A DNA stretch of 62,036 nucleotides, filler included, from Squatina squatina (taxonomy: Eukaryota): the NCBI GenBank assembly GCA_031763465.1. It is 3 parts of 3 records of this genome, joined end to end, with 100 filler letters (N's around TTAATTAATTAA, not from the genome) between each part and the next. Parts side by side here need not be neighbours in the genome. Positions count along the whole stretch, not along the records: positions 1 to 29,555 come from JARFOE010000100.1; 2 more parts are not named here. One strand, 5' to 3'. Shown here piece by piece: positions 11,091 through 23,461 of this stretch. Position 1 is the stretch's first letter, and every line of letters begins with the position of its first letter. The notes beneath the pieces are model-generated. The model did not search any database and was not told the origin of the DNA. It saw only the letters and a program-made list of their open reading frames with translations. The translations under genes were made by a program, and so were the position numbers.

Positions 11091-11801
11091 AGTTATCCAA
11101 CGGATTGAAGCCAGCCTTGCACACTGACATTTAGTGCGGGGAGCGTCCGTGTCCAGTAAACCTGGGCACACGCGGTGTCATCACTGGGCCTGATTTCACG
11201 TCTCTCAGCTATGATTGGCCGGTATCAGAGTGTGGGGGGAGGGGAGGGGTCCCTCGGTGTGTTATAACTAGATTAGTGCACTGTTTGCAAATGACAGATT
11301 AAGTTTCGCAAAAGAAATATACAATATTCTATTTTTAAAACTACACAACTACTATAGTTAGTGTGAGTGAGTAGAAAGCCTGTGAAATGACAAGTGTGAA
11401 TTGCAGGGNNNNNNNNNNNNNNNNNNNNNNNNNNNNNNNNNNNNNNNNNNNNNNNNNNNNNNNNNNNNNNNNNNNNNNNNNNNNNNNNNNNNNNNNNNNN
11501 NNNNNNNNGACTGAGCCTGTCCTCACAATGCACAACCTTTATAACTAACCATAAGCAACCAAATAACAACCCTTCTAACTAACCATTAATAATTAGATTG
11601 AAAAGCCAGCGTGACTGACCCCAGAAGAACCTTGAACCTTGGCTTAGCCCCATGTTCGAGACCTCCAGTGAGCCTGTGTCCCAAAAGGCAGTGAGCCTAT
11701 GTGCCTTTCAGAACACCGAATGTCCTGACAAGGAAAGGCCAATCGGGACGACAGCGGCTTTGCCGTGGGTTGTGTGCAATGAGCGGGAACAGTTCACTTA
11801 C

Positions 11802-11894
11802 CGTTAACATCTCTTCCCTCTCTTTAAGAGTCTCCTTCATCGCCTCAAACTGATGCTGCAGGATGCTGTAGGCGTGTTTCTGTCTGTCCAATTC
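11802..11894 (-). CDS. LRRFIP1: LRRFIP1 internal exon
   Basis: TAG/GTAAGT-bounded 93-nt phase-0 exon: ELDRQKHAYSILQHQFEAMKETLKEREEMLT (compare human [30 protein letters not shown]). Confidence 0.92.
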
Positions 11895-12339
11895 CTAGCG
11901 GGAGTAGAAAGTCAGGATCTTCAGCTCCAATACACAGGGACAGTCGGAAACTGCACCAGCTACAACGCCAGAGTTAATGACGGACTCTGTCCATAGCCCA
12001 AACCCCAAAATAACTGACGTCAGGGCGGTCCAACAATCCAGCACCCGAATGATGGGACAGAGTCTGTGNNNNNNNNNNNNNNNNNNNNNNNNNNNNNNNN
12101 NNNNNNNNNNNNNNNNNNNNNNNNNNNNNNNNNNNNNNNNNNNNNNNNNNNNNNNNNNNNNNNNNNNNGGGGTGCCCTTATGTCTTGCCATTGACTACAA
12201 CTCACTAAACCACTTCCAAAGGTGCACATAAATCTGTCCAAGAAGGCAGAGTGTTCAAAATAAAGATTTCAATGTTTGACAACACATTCGCAGAAACTCT
12301 ACATGAACATTTGCTAAAAGACTCAAATGCCTACCCTTT

Positions 12340-13090
12340 TGTGTTGTTAGTTGGTATGATTGGGCTAGGATGAGGGTGAGTGTGAGGGGTGGCTAGTGAG
12401 ATGGGGATGTGATAATGTAGATGGAGAGAGAGGGATGGGTAGAGGTGCAAGGTAAGTTGGTGTGAGTAAGGATGTGCAGGAGTAGGGTAGGGAAGGCACA
12501 GTGATAGGGATGTGATGAGTGTGGCTTTGCAGTAACTGAAACCGTTGAAAGGTTTGTACCACTGCAGCCAGGTCCTCCTGACGACATCCCTGTTTGTGCC
12601 CTCCTGTGCAATGTGCAACCAGGAACCAGGCAGCGTTGGTGTCCTGGGGAGGTCTCTTCTGCCCTTTGGCAGGGAAGAGAACCTCTTTGCATGCTGCGAG
12701 TCCCTCCGTAAGCATATGGAGAGAGTCATGGGAGAGCCTGGGTGCAGCCATCCACCTTTGTGTAGTGCTTGTCAGTGTTTGCAGCACCTCACTGCTGCAG
12801 AACACTGACAGCACAGCTGTCAAAATATATGTGGGCACGGTCCCTTTAAGGAAACCGGCTGATGATGCATCATCAAATGATGTCATCAAACCTGCTTCCT
12901 TTTAATTAGTCAGGAAGCTCACAGGGTGAGCTTAACAAGCCCAATCAGAGCAAAATCACCAACAGAGCCGGGAGCGGGATTCTGCCACATACCTCGGCCT
13001 CATTTAGTCCACCTCGGTAGGCGAAATCGTGGCCGGAGTTTCCGTTGCGTGCGGCAATGTAATGTCGGGTGCAGCTCTGAAGAATTTACC
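12340..13090 (-). mobile_element. PIF/Harbinger transposon remnant, Myb/SANT-like ORF (frameshifted)
   Basis: From ATG 12751: MAAPRLSHDSLHMLTEGLAACKEVLFPAKGQKRPPQDTNAAW, frameshift, LHIAQEGTNRDVVRRTWLQWYKPFNGF; Myb/SANT-like (Myb_DNA-bind_5 type) pattern with GC-rich terminal region. Confidence 0.75.
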
Positions 13091-13789
13091 ATCTGTAATG
13101 ACTAAGCGCTTGAGCCAAATACAGTGTAGGACAGTATTAATGGTTTCCTTATTTTCTTCCAGACTTCTAGCGACAGCACTTGGGGTGAGTCTAAATTTGC
13201 TCCACTTTTTAATTTTGTAGTAAAAGCTGTAAATTGCAAATGGTGCCCTGTAGCCTAATGAGCACAGCGGTAAAGTGAATAAATGATTTGCTACTGCAGG
13301 ATGTTTATCATTCCAATCTGCCTGCAGCACATGTCAGACACATTATACCTCGGTGGATGAGAAGCAAACAGTCCTTTAGTGTTTTATCATAAACATGTTG
13401 ATGTTGTTTATATATCTTACCATAAACTTAGGTCACACACATTAAAGTTTGAGGTTTCCCAATGAGATTTTATTATTCCAGCTTGAAGTGGACTAAAACT
13501 GTTGCAATGATATCTGCATTGGGTGTACAGGGTAAATTCCCTGATGCCACATTGCCAGTCGTAAGCTACTCTTTTTGACAGTACAGTCTTAAAACACTTT
13601 CCAGAAAATGTTGACATTTTCACTGTCAAATTCATCTTTCCGTTCATTTCAGTACAGAATCTCTAACACTGAGCATAGACAACTGAGTTTTAAAATTAAG
13701 ATTACTTAGATTTGAGCTCATTGAAAGGAGGGTAACTTGAATACAAAGTAGGCACCCCTATGTATTGAAAAATAATATCTCCAATACTC

Positions 13790-14600
13790 AAGGAAGTACA
13801 AGCCAAGCTTATGCAACCTGTCCTGATTATTTAACTTTAAGCCCCGGTATCATTCTGGTGAGTCTGTGCTGCACCCCTTCCAAGGCCAATACATCCTTCC
13901 TGAGGTGCAGTACTCCAGATGGAGTCTAACCAAGGATCTATACAACTGAAGCATAACCTTTTCCTCTTTATATTCCAATCCCCTTGATATAAAGGCCAAC
14001 ATTCCATCAGCCTTTTTGATTGCTTTTTGTAACTGTCTACTGGCCTTTAATGTTTTGCGTACTTCCCAAATTTCTTTGCTCCTTTGCAGTCCTTAGTTTC
14101 TCAACATTTAGAAAATACTCTGATGTATCATTTTTGGGTCCATAGTGGATGACCTCACACTTGCCCACACTGAACTCTTGCCATAGTTTTGACCACTCAC
14201 TTAATCTATGTCCATTTGCAACTTCCTGCTCCCATCTACACTACTTATTGTTCCTCCTAACTTAGTGCCATCTGTAAACTTAGACAATTCTCTATTCTTT
14301 TATCCAAGTCTTTACTAATTGTGGTGAAAAGTTGAGGCCCCAGATCAGATCCCTGGGGAACACCACTTGTCACATCCTGCCAATCAGTACCTACCCTTTA
14401 TACCCACTCTCTGTCTCCTACCTCCTAAACAATTTTGAACGCAAGTGAAAAGGCAACTTCAATTCTGTTTGCTTTCATTTTTTGCTAACAATCTCCTGTG
14501 TGGAATCTCAAAGACTGCCTATCGAAGTCCATATAGACATCATTCATAAACACTCACTTACCTACATTATTAGTGACCTCTTCAAAAAATTCAAATGATT
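13790..14600 (-). mobile_element. CR1 LINE reverse transcriptase fragment
   Basis: Minus strand shows decayed VTSGVPQGS.LG, F.D.TKLGG, KCEVIH.G and LYRSLVRLHLEY motifs. Confidence 0.85.
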
Positions 14601-16439
14601 TTCTGAGTGGTCATTCAGTTATATTAATTTTAGTGGACTTAAGTTCCCAGAGCTTCCAGAAACAACACAGAGTAAAGCGAAGCATTCCTGACTGTTTATT
14701 TAAAAAGAAAAATGGGGATGAAGTGCAACTCGCATCCCATGCACTGTCTGTCTGCTAATAGAAATTTCACATCATGAGTGTTCAGTGAAACTGCAGCAAC
14801 TTTTAAGTTGATATTTTGACTGTGGAAATGTATTGATTGTCTATCTAACTCTATCTGGGAGAATCCTGACTGCTAACCCAGGACTCACGTTAGCCTTCAG
14901 TGAGAGGAACGGCCCTAAGGGTGGGGTGTTGTGAAATACAGATCAGAAGATTGTCAAATTGAAAATGACTTGTGTTTTTAAAAAAAATCTGAGGTCTAAT
15001 AATTTAAAATTAAAAATGTAAAATAGGAATATCTGTTCTTTGACCTGTAATTCTAATTATTTTGAGTTTATAATTACAGACATGTCCAGCAATATTATAG
15101 GCTATTTAACAAACCGGTAGACCAATATTCAGGAGACATTACTTAACATTTGAACTCTTTCCATTTTAATTGCTGAAGCAAAATTCTAGAAATTACTGGA
15201 AGCATAAAGGGATAAGGGACTCAGAGGAAACATAACCATTACAATAACTCATTAATGTGAATGAAGATCTTCACTGTTTGTATCAGATTTTCTCAACCGT
15301 CTCTTCATTGTAATTAAAAAGTCTTATTACTTTCAAATGTTTAGTATCCTCGTGACCTTCTTGTTGATTGCATTCCATCTAATGTGCAAAAGGAGTGTGG
15401 AATGAACTCTGAGGTAATTGTGTTTGGAAATAAAATGAAATGACCCTTGACCTTTTGAAGAGCTTCTTGTTTCAGGAACAGTATTTTATCCCTTCCCCTC
15501 TCCTTTCCTAAATGCAGTGATTCAAGCTGAGGTACATTTACCTTACTCAAATAGCCATTCTTAAAGTGAGAGCCTAGCTGGGAAGGGATGGGATTGAGGA
15601 AGAAGTCTCACAGCTGAGACGAATCCTCTCCTCACTTTGATAGCAATAGGTGGTGAATAGTCTGACTAATTTTGTTCTTTCTCTCTTCTCTAACACTTGG
15701 GTCAGTTGTATTGCACCCACTGGGGCCAATTTCTATTTCGCTACCACCTCGTTTGTGCCTGAAAATGGGTGGTTGCACTGCCAAAATCGTGTGGATGATT
15801 GCAAATCCCACTGACGTACGGCTGGTTATCCGCCTATTCTAATTTTCAGGCGGATCTTGATTTAGGTGGCTGGAGCTCCTGTTGGAAATTGGCCAAGGCC
15901 TCATTAATAGTTACAAATTGTAGTCAAATGATGCAGAGTTCGCCTCTACCTGTATTGCTACCACCATTCATGCACTTCCTAGATACCAGCCTGTATGCAG
16001 ACTCAACCATATAGAGGTCTATGGTATGGGGTAATCTAAGGAACTGTACTTATTCTTGTAATCTTCATTCACTTTCAGAACCATAAAAGAAAGTTAATTG
16101 ACGGAGAATGCCATGTGGCCACTAAGAACTCTGTGCTAGTAGTGCAAATTTATAAAATTTATCCTTTGATCTTTCAATAAGTTTGGTGTTTGGTAGTTTT
16201 CTACTCGTATTTAGCCTTGAACCATTGTTGAAGTGGAATAACCTGATTACTTTCACATTAGCCATGCCTTTCAACTTTTGAAGACTTGGATCTCTTTTCT
16301 TGAGCTTATGTTCTCTAATACAAGAACAAATGGAATTTTGATCCTTCAGCACTCTGAACACTTTCTGAACGCAATTAGTGTCCTTCCGAATATAAGGTGC
16401 TCCAAATTGAACATAGTATTGTGTGTAACAAATGTATGC

Positions 16440-16880
16440 CTCAGCTGATGGCTCAGCCGCCTCAGGCAGTGAATAGCTAAGTCTCAGAACCCAGCAAAGC
16501 CCTAGTTCAATGCTTGGTCTGTATTGAATTTGTTGTTGTCAGTTGGAACAGCAATAAGAAAACTATAACTGGCCTCTGTGCCCCAGGCTGAAGAAGTGAA
16601 AAATCAACCAAGGTTCTTGCTCCTCACACCACAATTGGCCTCAGTAGTCTTGGGCTAAGAAGAGGAAAAATCAACAAATTTCCCACTCCCAATCACTACG
16701 CAACGACCTCTGTTGGAAGTGTGCATGTGTGGATGTTGGGGAACGACAAGATCGTGCTGAGCAGTGATACTTTCAGTAATTGAATAACCAGATGTCATGG
16801 CTCACATATAAAGAGTGACCATGTAGGTACAATACTAGAAGGTGCTTTGTACTTGTGGAACTGTACTCGAGCAGGGGTGG
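16440..16880 (+). mobile_element. AmnSINE2-like SINE with internal duplication
   Basis: Homologous to 3465-3835; the TGGCCTC..GGCT.AAGAAG..AAAAATCAAC..TTC..CTCC segment occurs twice (about 16565-16625 and 16630-16690). Confidence 0.6.
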
Positions 16881-17239
16881 AGGGCAATAGTGAAGAAGAC
16901 AGTTTGACTCCAATTTCAAACAACTTCTGTTTTGGACGAAGCACCTTAAATAGCTGGATGATGCATGCTTTGAAATGGACTGTAAGTATAGGAATTTAGC
17001 CGATTTATTTTGCTCCCTTCCATTGTGCATACGTGTTACTAATGTGCATTCATCATACCTGTTTACATATTCAGTTCCATTACCCAGCTGCTTACTTAAT
17101 TTGCCGAGATAGAAACATAGAAAATAGGAGCAGGAGTANNNNNNNNNNNNNNNNNNNNNNNNNNNNNNNNNNNNNNNNNNNNNNNNNNNNNNNNNNNNNN
17201 NNNNNNNNNNNNNNNNNNNNNNNNNNNNNNNNNNNNNNC

Positions 17240-17445
17240 TCACCTTCAAAATAGTGCAATGGGATCTTTTACACCCACCTGAGAGAGCTGACTTTGTGAA
17301 AGATGGCACCTCTGACAGTGCAGCACTTCGTCAGCACCGCATTGGTGTGTCAGCCGAGATTTATTTGCTCAAGTTCCTGGAGTGGGACTTGAACCCATAA
17401 GCTTCTGACTCAGAGGTGAGTGCACTATCCACTGAGGTAACACTG
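17240..17445 (-). mobile_element. Deu-domain tRNA-SINE (SacSINE1/AmnSINE1-like), 5' part
   Basis: Reverse complement has a tRNA-like head (GGGTTCAAGTCCCAC B box) followed by GTGCTGCACTGTCAGAGGTGCCATCTTTC...AAAAGATCCCAT Deu domain; related pieces at about 5300-5445 and 10260-10362. Confidence 0.8.
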
Positions 17446-19016
17446 TACATTTTCCTTTCTTCATTCATTTTAACAAATAAAATTGTAGGGAGCACGCCAA
17501 GATTTCCTGATATGCACTCTTGCTTGGCAAGGTTGTAGCACATATTCAGAAAATTGGCCCTTTTTAATAATAAAAACAGATTGAAAAAAAACTGAAAATA
17601 TCCTCGTGTGGCCTTGCCATTTTCAATACATGAACTGTAGCTAGTAAGAAGGGATTATGATACCACATGAAAAACATATTTTTACTTTATGGAATAATAA
17701 TGAAAGAAGGGAAGAAAGTTCAAGGGGAAAACTTTTTAAAAAGCTGAAAGCAAACTTAGGAGACAAGTGCCTGTACTTGGTCCTAAAATTCACAAGAAAC
17801 ATAAGAATTCAGTGTGGGATTGTCCTTAAGTCGGGGTCACAGAACTTGTCAGTAACTAGGTAATTCAAGATGTAACAAGATTTGACACATTAAATTTCTG
17901 AAAGCAGGCTATTTGCTGCTGTCTGTCATAGTATAAATGATCTTCTGCTTGGCATGTGTGTTCTTTAAAAAGGTGTTTATTAAAGAATGGGAAGGTTTGA
18001 ATCAATATGTTGTTATTGGCCTCCATGAAAGGAAAGACATTAAATGTCACAGCTCACACATAGGAAGGTTTTCACGATTTGACAGGGGGGAGGTCAAGGC
18101 TAATAAGAAACCTAATGGACTCTGTTTTTAAACAATAAAGTGTTGATCACTTCATGCTTTTATGTATATGATTGCATGTATGTTTCAATAACTCTTTTGT
18201 AATTTTCTATTTCAAGTAATTGAGTTTACTATAAACTGGAAATTACTTAATACCTTTGTATGACTTTCCTCTGTTGTTTTCGCAGAGACTTTAACCCATT
18301 CTAGATAACTGGGTTAACATCTACGTTAAAAAAGAGGGCAGAAGGACGCCACATAAATAAGCACGGGTCCCATAATATCACCAACAATAATTTCTGGGGT
18401 TATGCATTCTTAAACAGTCAAATCTATTTCTGAAAGGAATATACTCATCAGATAATCACACTACTGTCAGATTATTTGTTTCTATTGTAATCATTCCTCA
18501 TATAGCTATTCCTGTTTAGCGACTGTGCTGTGGTTTGTCCTGACCCTTTGCGTAGGATTCCACTGTTTTTTCACTTTGATGCTGGTGACTAACCAAGCAT
18601 CACCCTCCAAATGAGTTGTTAGACCAAGACAGACCATGAAGCAATAGGCTTGAAGAAAGCATGTGGTAGTAATTACTCCCATCTACTTTGGGTTATTTAC
18701 TGTGTTCAAATTGTATCGGAAAGTAGATAACATATTAGTCAAAGTCACAGCTCATTACCTCTCAAAGACTTCAGTTCAGCCTCAGTTCCGTGCTAAGACA
18801 TTATTTGAATCTGTACTTATTTATCTCTTTTATAAACAAAAAAATTGCCTCTTTGTGCAGATTTCCCCCGCCACACATCATTCCCTCAGCAGGACCTGGA
18901 CCCAGGCTGTGGCCATTGCTGCTCTGCAGCAACTACTGTTATTTATGCAGGTGCAGCCAGGACAGAATGAACAGTTTCCATTCCCTCCCTTTAGGTAATA
19001 GACTGGGCTCTACATG

Positions 19017-19359
19017 CAGTGTTGCTAACCCTCCAGGATTGTCCTGGAGTCTCCAGGAATTAAACATTAATCTTCTGGACCCTGCTTTTAGCAACCCTGA
19101 AAAAAATTATAAGGGCACTAAATAAATGTTTTTTTTTCATTTTCTTTGAACACTTTTTATTAATTATAAAAATATTTGAGATTGAAAAAAAGGCTGTTTA
19201 ACTGACAGTCAAGAATCATTCAATCTGTTCACTTTCAATTAGCGTGGAATGGTTGAGTCAGGTGACCAATGGTGGGAGTGTGGGGCTGGGGTGGTTGGAA
19301 GCGGGAGGGTCATGTGACGACACTTGCAGGAATACTTCCAAACAGAGTTGGTAATCCTA
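19017..19359. mobile_element. Non-autonomous hAT-like DNA transposon
   Basis: Ends CAGTGTTGCTAACCC...GAGTTGGTAATCCTA resemble TAGGGTTGCCAAC-type TIRs; flanks TCTACATG and TTTGCGTG differ only by 3 transitions, consistent with a decayed 8-bp TSD. Confidence 0.6.
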
Positions 19360-19841
19360 TTTGCGTGGCACCATCACCAATGATATGCCTGAGATTGGGA
19401 ATTTGTAGTCCGTTGGCCAGCTTTCAGTGGTCATAGCAAAGACTGCCAGGCTGGGGAAGTGAAGTGAGTTCCAATTCCTTGTAAATATCAGAAAATGAAG
19501 AGAAAAAAAACTGGAGTTTCGTTTACTCTTAGTCTGTTCAGTGAAAGTTGATTTTTTTCCCCTTTAGTGTATTTGCAGAAACTTACAGGTTTATTGTAGT
19601 GAATTCATGAAGNNNNNNNNNNNNNNNNNNNNNNNNNNNNNNNNNNNNNNNNNNNNNNNNNNNNNNNNNNNNNNNNNNNNNNNNNNNNNNNNNNNNNNNN
19701 NNNNNNNNNNNNTCAGGGGGTATGGAGAGAAAGCAGGTACGGGGTACTGAGTTGAATGATCAGCCATGATCATATTGAATGGCAGTGCAGGCTCAAAGGG
19801 CCAAATGGCCTACTTCTGCACCTATTTTCTATGTTTCTATA

Positions 19842-20080
19842 ACTCCTCTGCTCTTCTTTGAAATAGTTCCATGGGATTTTATATGTTGATCAGAGCGAGC
19901 AGACGAGCCTCGGTTAAAGTCTCACCTGAAAAATGGTACCTTGTACAGTGCAGTGCTCACTCAGCACTGCACTGGAGTGTCTACCTAGATTTTTGTGCTC
20001 AAGGTCTCTGGAGAGGGACTAAAAACCACAACCTACTAACTCAGAGGAGAGAGTGCTACCCACCAAGCCACAACTGACAC
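19842..20080 (-). mobile_element. Deu-domain tRNA-SINE (SacSINE1/AmnSINE1-like)
   Basis: Homologous to 17240-17445; abuts a CR1 3' end at 19713-19840. Confidence 0.8.
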
Positions 20081-22391
20081 TTTATAATAGTAAGCATAAC
20101 AGCAGTCCTGGATTTTGCCTTCTGTCTTCCTTTTTCAGTTCTAACTAAAGATCTCAGTCCAATATAGTGTTTTTTTCTTTAGGAGCGATGTATTTCTAAC
20201 ATTTTTTTTGTTAAAAAATGTTTTTTTTTTAAACAATTAGTACAATGCTGGATTCAAACAAAAGCAGACAGAAATATAACGTGGAAATTACATTGAAAAA
20301 GTTTTAAAAGAAAAGAACGGTGATCTGCACATTGCATATGCCAACAGGCTACAGCACAAGGCAATTGGTCTGCAATATATTGCACAGTGAGAACTTGATC
20401 TAATCTAGCACTTAGGGCAGACATCAACTGCTTTGCAAGTGGAAGGAAAAAGAGCAAAACCAGAAGTCATCTCAATGGACTGTTCCTTTTCCACTTTTCT
20501 TGGAGCAGTACCACAGCAGCATTACTCGAGACGCGAAGATACTCCCTTTCTTGGTTGGAAAGAGTCTGGAGTCCAGAGATGACATGAAAAAAAACACCTA
20601 TCAGGTGGATCAGAACCACTATGTTTGGTGAAGGGAAAATATCAATAATGCTTGCATCATTTCACTTTTGCTCAAAGAAGGAAACCATTTATCATCTTGT
20701 TTCTTCATACAGTACTAGGACTGTTTTGTAGCCAACATTGATGACATAAGTAACAGTTTAATGCTGTTTCTGGCTGTAACCTTTTTAAAGTTTTGCTTGG
20801 CAAAGATCTTGCATAGCACTGACTGTTCAGTGAAAATGATGTTGCTGTCTAAAAATATCCAGTGACTAAACAAGTAAAGGCAAACAGAAGAAACCTGTCT
20901 TGCTCACAAACAATAATCAAACAATCAGCAGGTCACTATACTTCTTCCGCTAAATCTGGAAGGCAAACGGAACACGTGGAGAAGAATCAAACAAAACATG
21001 TAGAAAACTAAAAAGTCGCTTGATCCATAAACAATGAGCTACCATTTCTCCATTTCTTTGAGGTGTATTCTGACATATTTATTCCTTTCGAGTTCCTTCA
21101 CAATGTATTTCACTGGTTGTTATTGCAGGATCCCAAGCCAGATTGGATCACAAATCTGACCAGTGAACAATTCCTGTAACACTCCTTTCGGATATTTCTG
21201 GATAAAATGTCCCAGAAGAATCTTTATTATTTCATACTGAGCCAAAAAAAATCCATTTGATACCTTGTGCCGCTATCAAGAATCTACTTCCACTTTTCTT
21301 AACTCCAACAGTCACTTAAATTTTCTTCCTCTGACTTTTAAATGACTCACAATCCCAACTACTTTTTTGATGTGTTACACCTTGTCCCATTTGCTAGTCT
21401 CGGATCTCCATTTAGCTACTTAATCTCATTACATTGTTTCTTTGTTATAAGAGTATACTTCCAGTCTCTCTCCCTTAAAACAGTTAAAACATCAACTTCA
21501 TTGTTCAGTTGTTTTCTAGTCTCTCCTACCTAGCTTTGCTTTAAAACACAAAGCAAATGTATTCTTTTCCAAACGTAGCCCCCCACCCCACCCACCACTT
21601 TCCTGATGCATCCACAAGGTTCTTGTGAAGAAATGAACAAGGGTGTTACTTTAACCCTCCGCCTGCATCATTCCTACTGGGTGGCAATTAAAATCGGCCC
21701 TAAAGTAATTACAAAATAAAATACAAATTATCTTACTAATCTTTGCTAACACATTTAACACAAAATCTGAGCAATCTATTTGATATTTAAGCTAAAAAAT
21801 ACTGTTCAGCAGGTAAAGAATGAGTGCCTCAAACACACTGTGAGAAGTTTATTCACTGTAAGATGATTTACAGCAGGCCTGTTACCACATTTATGCGCTT
21901 GGTGAAGAACGTCTCCCAAAACAATCTATTGGTGTTGCACAGGGTAATCTGACTAAATGTAAACTAATGAACCAATAATGAAGGAGTTGTAAAGGCAAAG
22001 TGGATTCAACAGAGTAGGACTACTCGGCCCAAGACAATTCATTGAAAATTAGAGAGCAAATTGAAGTATAAAAAAATGTTCAGCAACATTGCCCTTCCTG
22101 AAAAGCACGTGCAAAAATCTGATTGGCTGAACAATAGTGACTCACAGGCGACCCGGATCAATGAATTCGGCGCGGGGCGGAATCCGGTGTGAGAAATGCT
22201 GGCTCCTGCCCCGTGAGCACCCCTGGGGGCGTGAATCAATTTCTAGCCCTCAGTGTTGGCAGGCTAATCTCTCACGGGATGGGTGGAGTGGNNNNNNNNN
22301 NNNNNNNNNNNNNNNNNNNNNNNNNNNNNNNNNNNNNNNNNNNNNNNNNNNNNNNNNNNNNNNNNNNNNNNNNNNNNNNNNNNNNNNNNNN

Positions 22392-22535
22392 AAACTAAAA
22401 GGTACCACCCTAAAGAGGGTACACGAACTGAGAGACCTGGGGGTACGTGTGCATGGGCAGGTTGAGAAAGTAGTTAAAAAGGCTTTCAGGATCCTGGGCT
22501 TCATAAATAGAGGTATGGAGTGCAAAAGTATGGAT
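22392..22535 (+). mobile_element. CR1 LINE ORF2 fragment
   Basis: KLKGTTLKRVHELRDLGVRVH..QVEKVVKKAFRILGFINRGMECKS. Confidence 0.85.
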
Positions 22536-23113
22536 ATTGGCCCTGAAATTGCGATTGGAGGCTTCCTGAAGAGTTTGTGATCTTCAGTTGGAGATTCGGA
22601 ATGGGGCTCTCTAGTTTCCTGGGCAAGTCGAACGAAGATGCTGGAGAGGTCACATGGGAGGCCCTAGCCAGTCAATCAGGTGGGTGTATCTTTTATTGCA
22701 GTTTTGACAGTTCTCAGCAATCTGTCAAGAACTGTCAAAACCTCAATAAAAGATGGAAAACAACACAAACACATCCCAAAACATTTTTAAAACTATTCTA
22801 ACATTAGTGGATGCATTGGTTGTAATCTTTCAAAAAGCGCTTTTTGAATAAGTGTGTTATATTGGCAGTTTTCCAATCCTCCGGTACTTTTCCAGAAACT
22901 AAAGATTTTTGGAAGATTACAACCAATGCATCCACTGTCTCTGTAGCCACTTCTTTTAAGATCCTCAGATGCAAACCATCAGATCCAGGGGACTTGTCAG
23001 CTTAGTATGCCTCATACTTTTTCTCTAGTGATATTGATTGTATTTATTTCCTCCCACCCTTTTGCCCCTTTGCTCTTTATAGTATTATTGGGATGCTTTT
23101 AGTNNNNNNNNNN

Positions 23114-23280
23114 TCCCCTGAAGGTGCTGACTCTGCCTGGGTTCAGTACTAAACTCACATTCCCCTCTCTCTCTTCTCCAGAAGGAGCTGACAAGTTGGA
23201 GTTCAGTTCCACACTCACTGTTTCCCCTCCCTCTCCTTCCCTGAAGGTCCTGACTCTGGCTGGGTTCAGTTCTGCACTCA
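23114..23280. repeat. Short tandem array of about 60-bp units (3 visible)
   Basis: Unit approximately TCCCCTGAAGGTGCTGACTCTGCCTGGGTTCAGTwCyACACTCACwkTTCCCCTCyCTCTC, repeated three times with divergence. Confidence 0.8.
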
Positions 23281-23461
23281 TTCGGACCCTGAAACCTTCC
23301 CACTCTACACCTTGTCAAAGAGAGCCACGCATGCGCTCTCCTGCCTGTTGGATCACGCCGGNNNNNNNNNNNNNNNNNNNNNNNNNNNNNNNNNNNNNNN
23401 NNNNNNNNNNNNNNNNNNNNNNNNNNNNNNNNNNNNNNNNNNNNNNNNNNNNNNNNNNNNN

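Noticed and set aside
10569-11171. Long overlapping ORFs (200, 169, 145 and 89 aa) rich in L/S/C or E/R
   Set aside because: By-products of the GA microsatellite, which lacks stop codons; intronic and low-complexity.
18861-18993. Possible plus-strand exon (TTTGTGCAG acceptor, AG/GTAATA donor)
   Set aside because: No frame gives a recognisable protein; chance splice-like sites are common.
23114-23280. CRISPR-like repeat-spacer array
   Set aside because: Whole units are homologous with no unique spacers, there are no cas genes, and the context is vertebrate.
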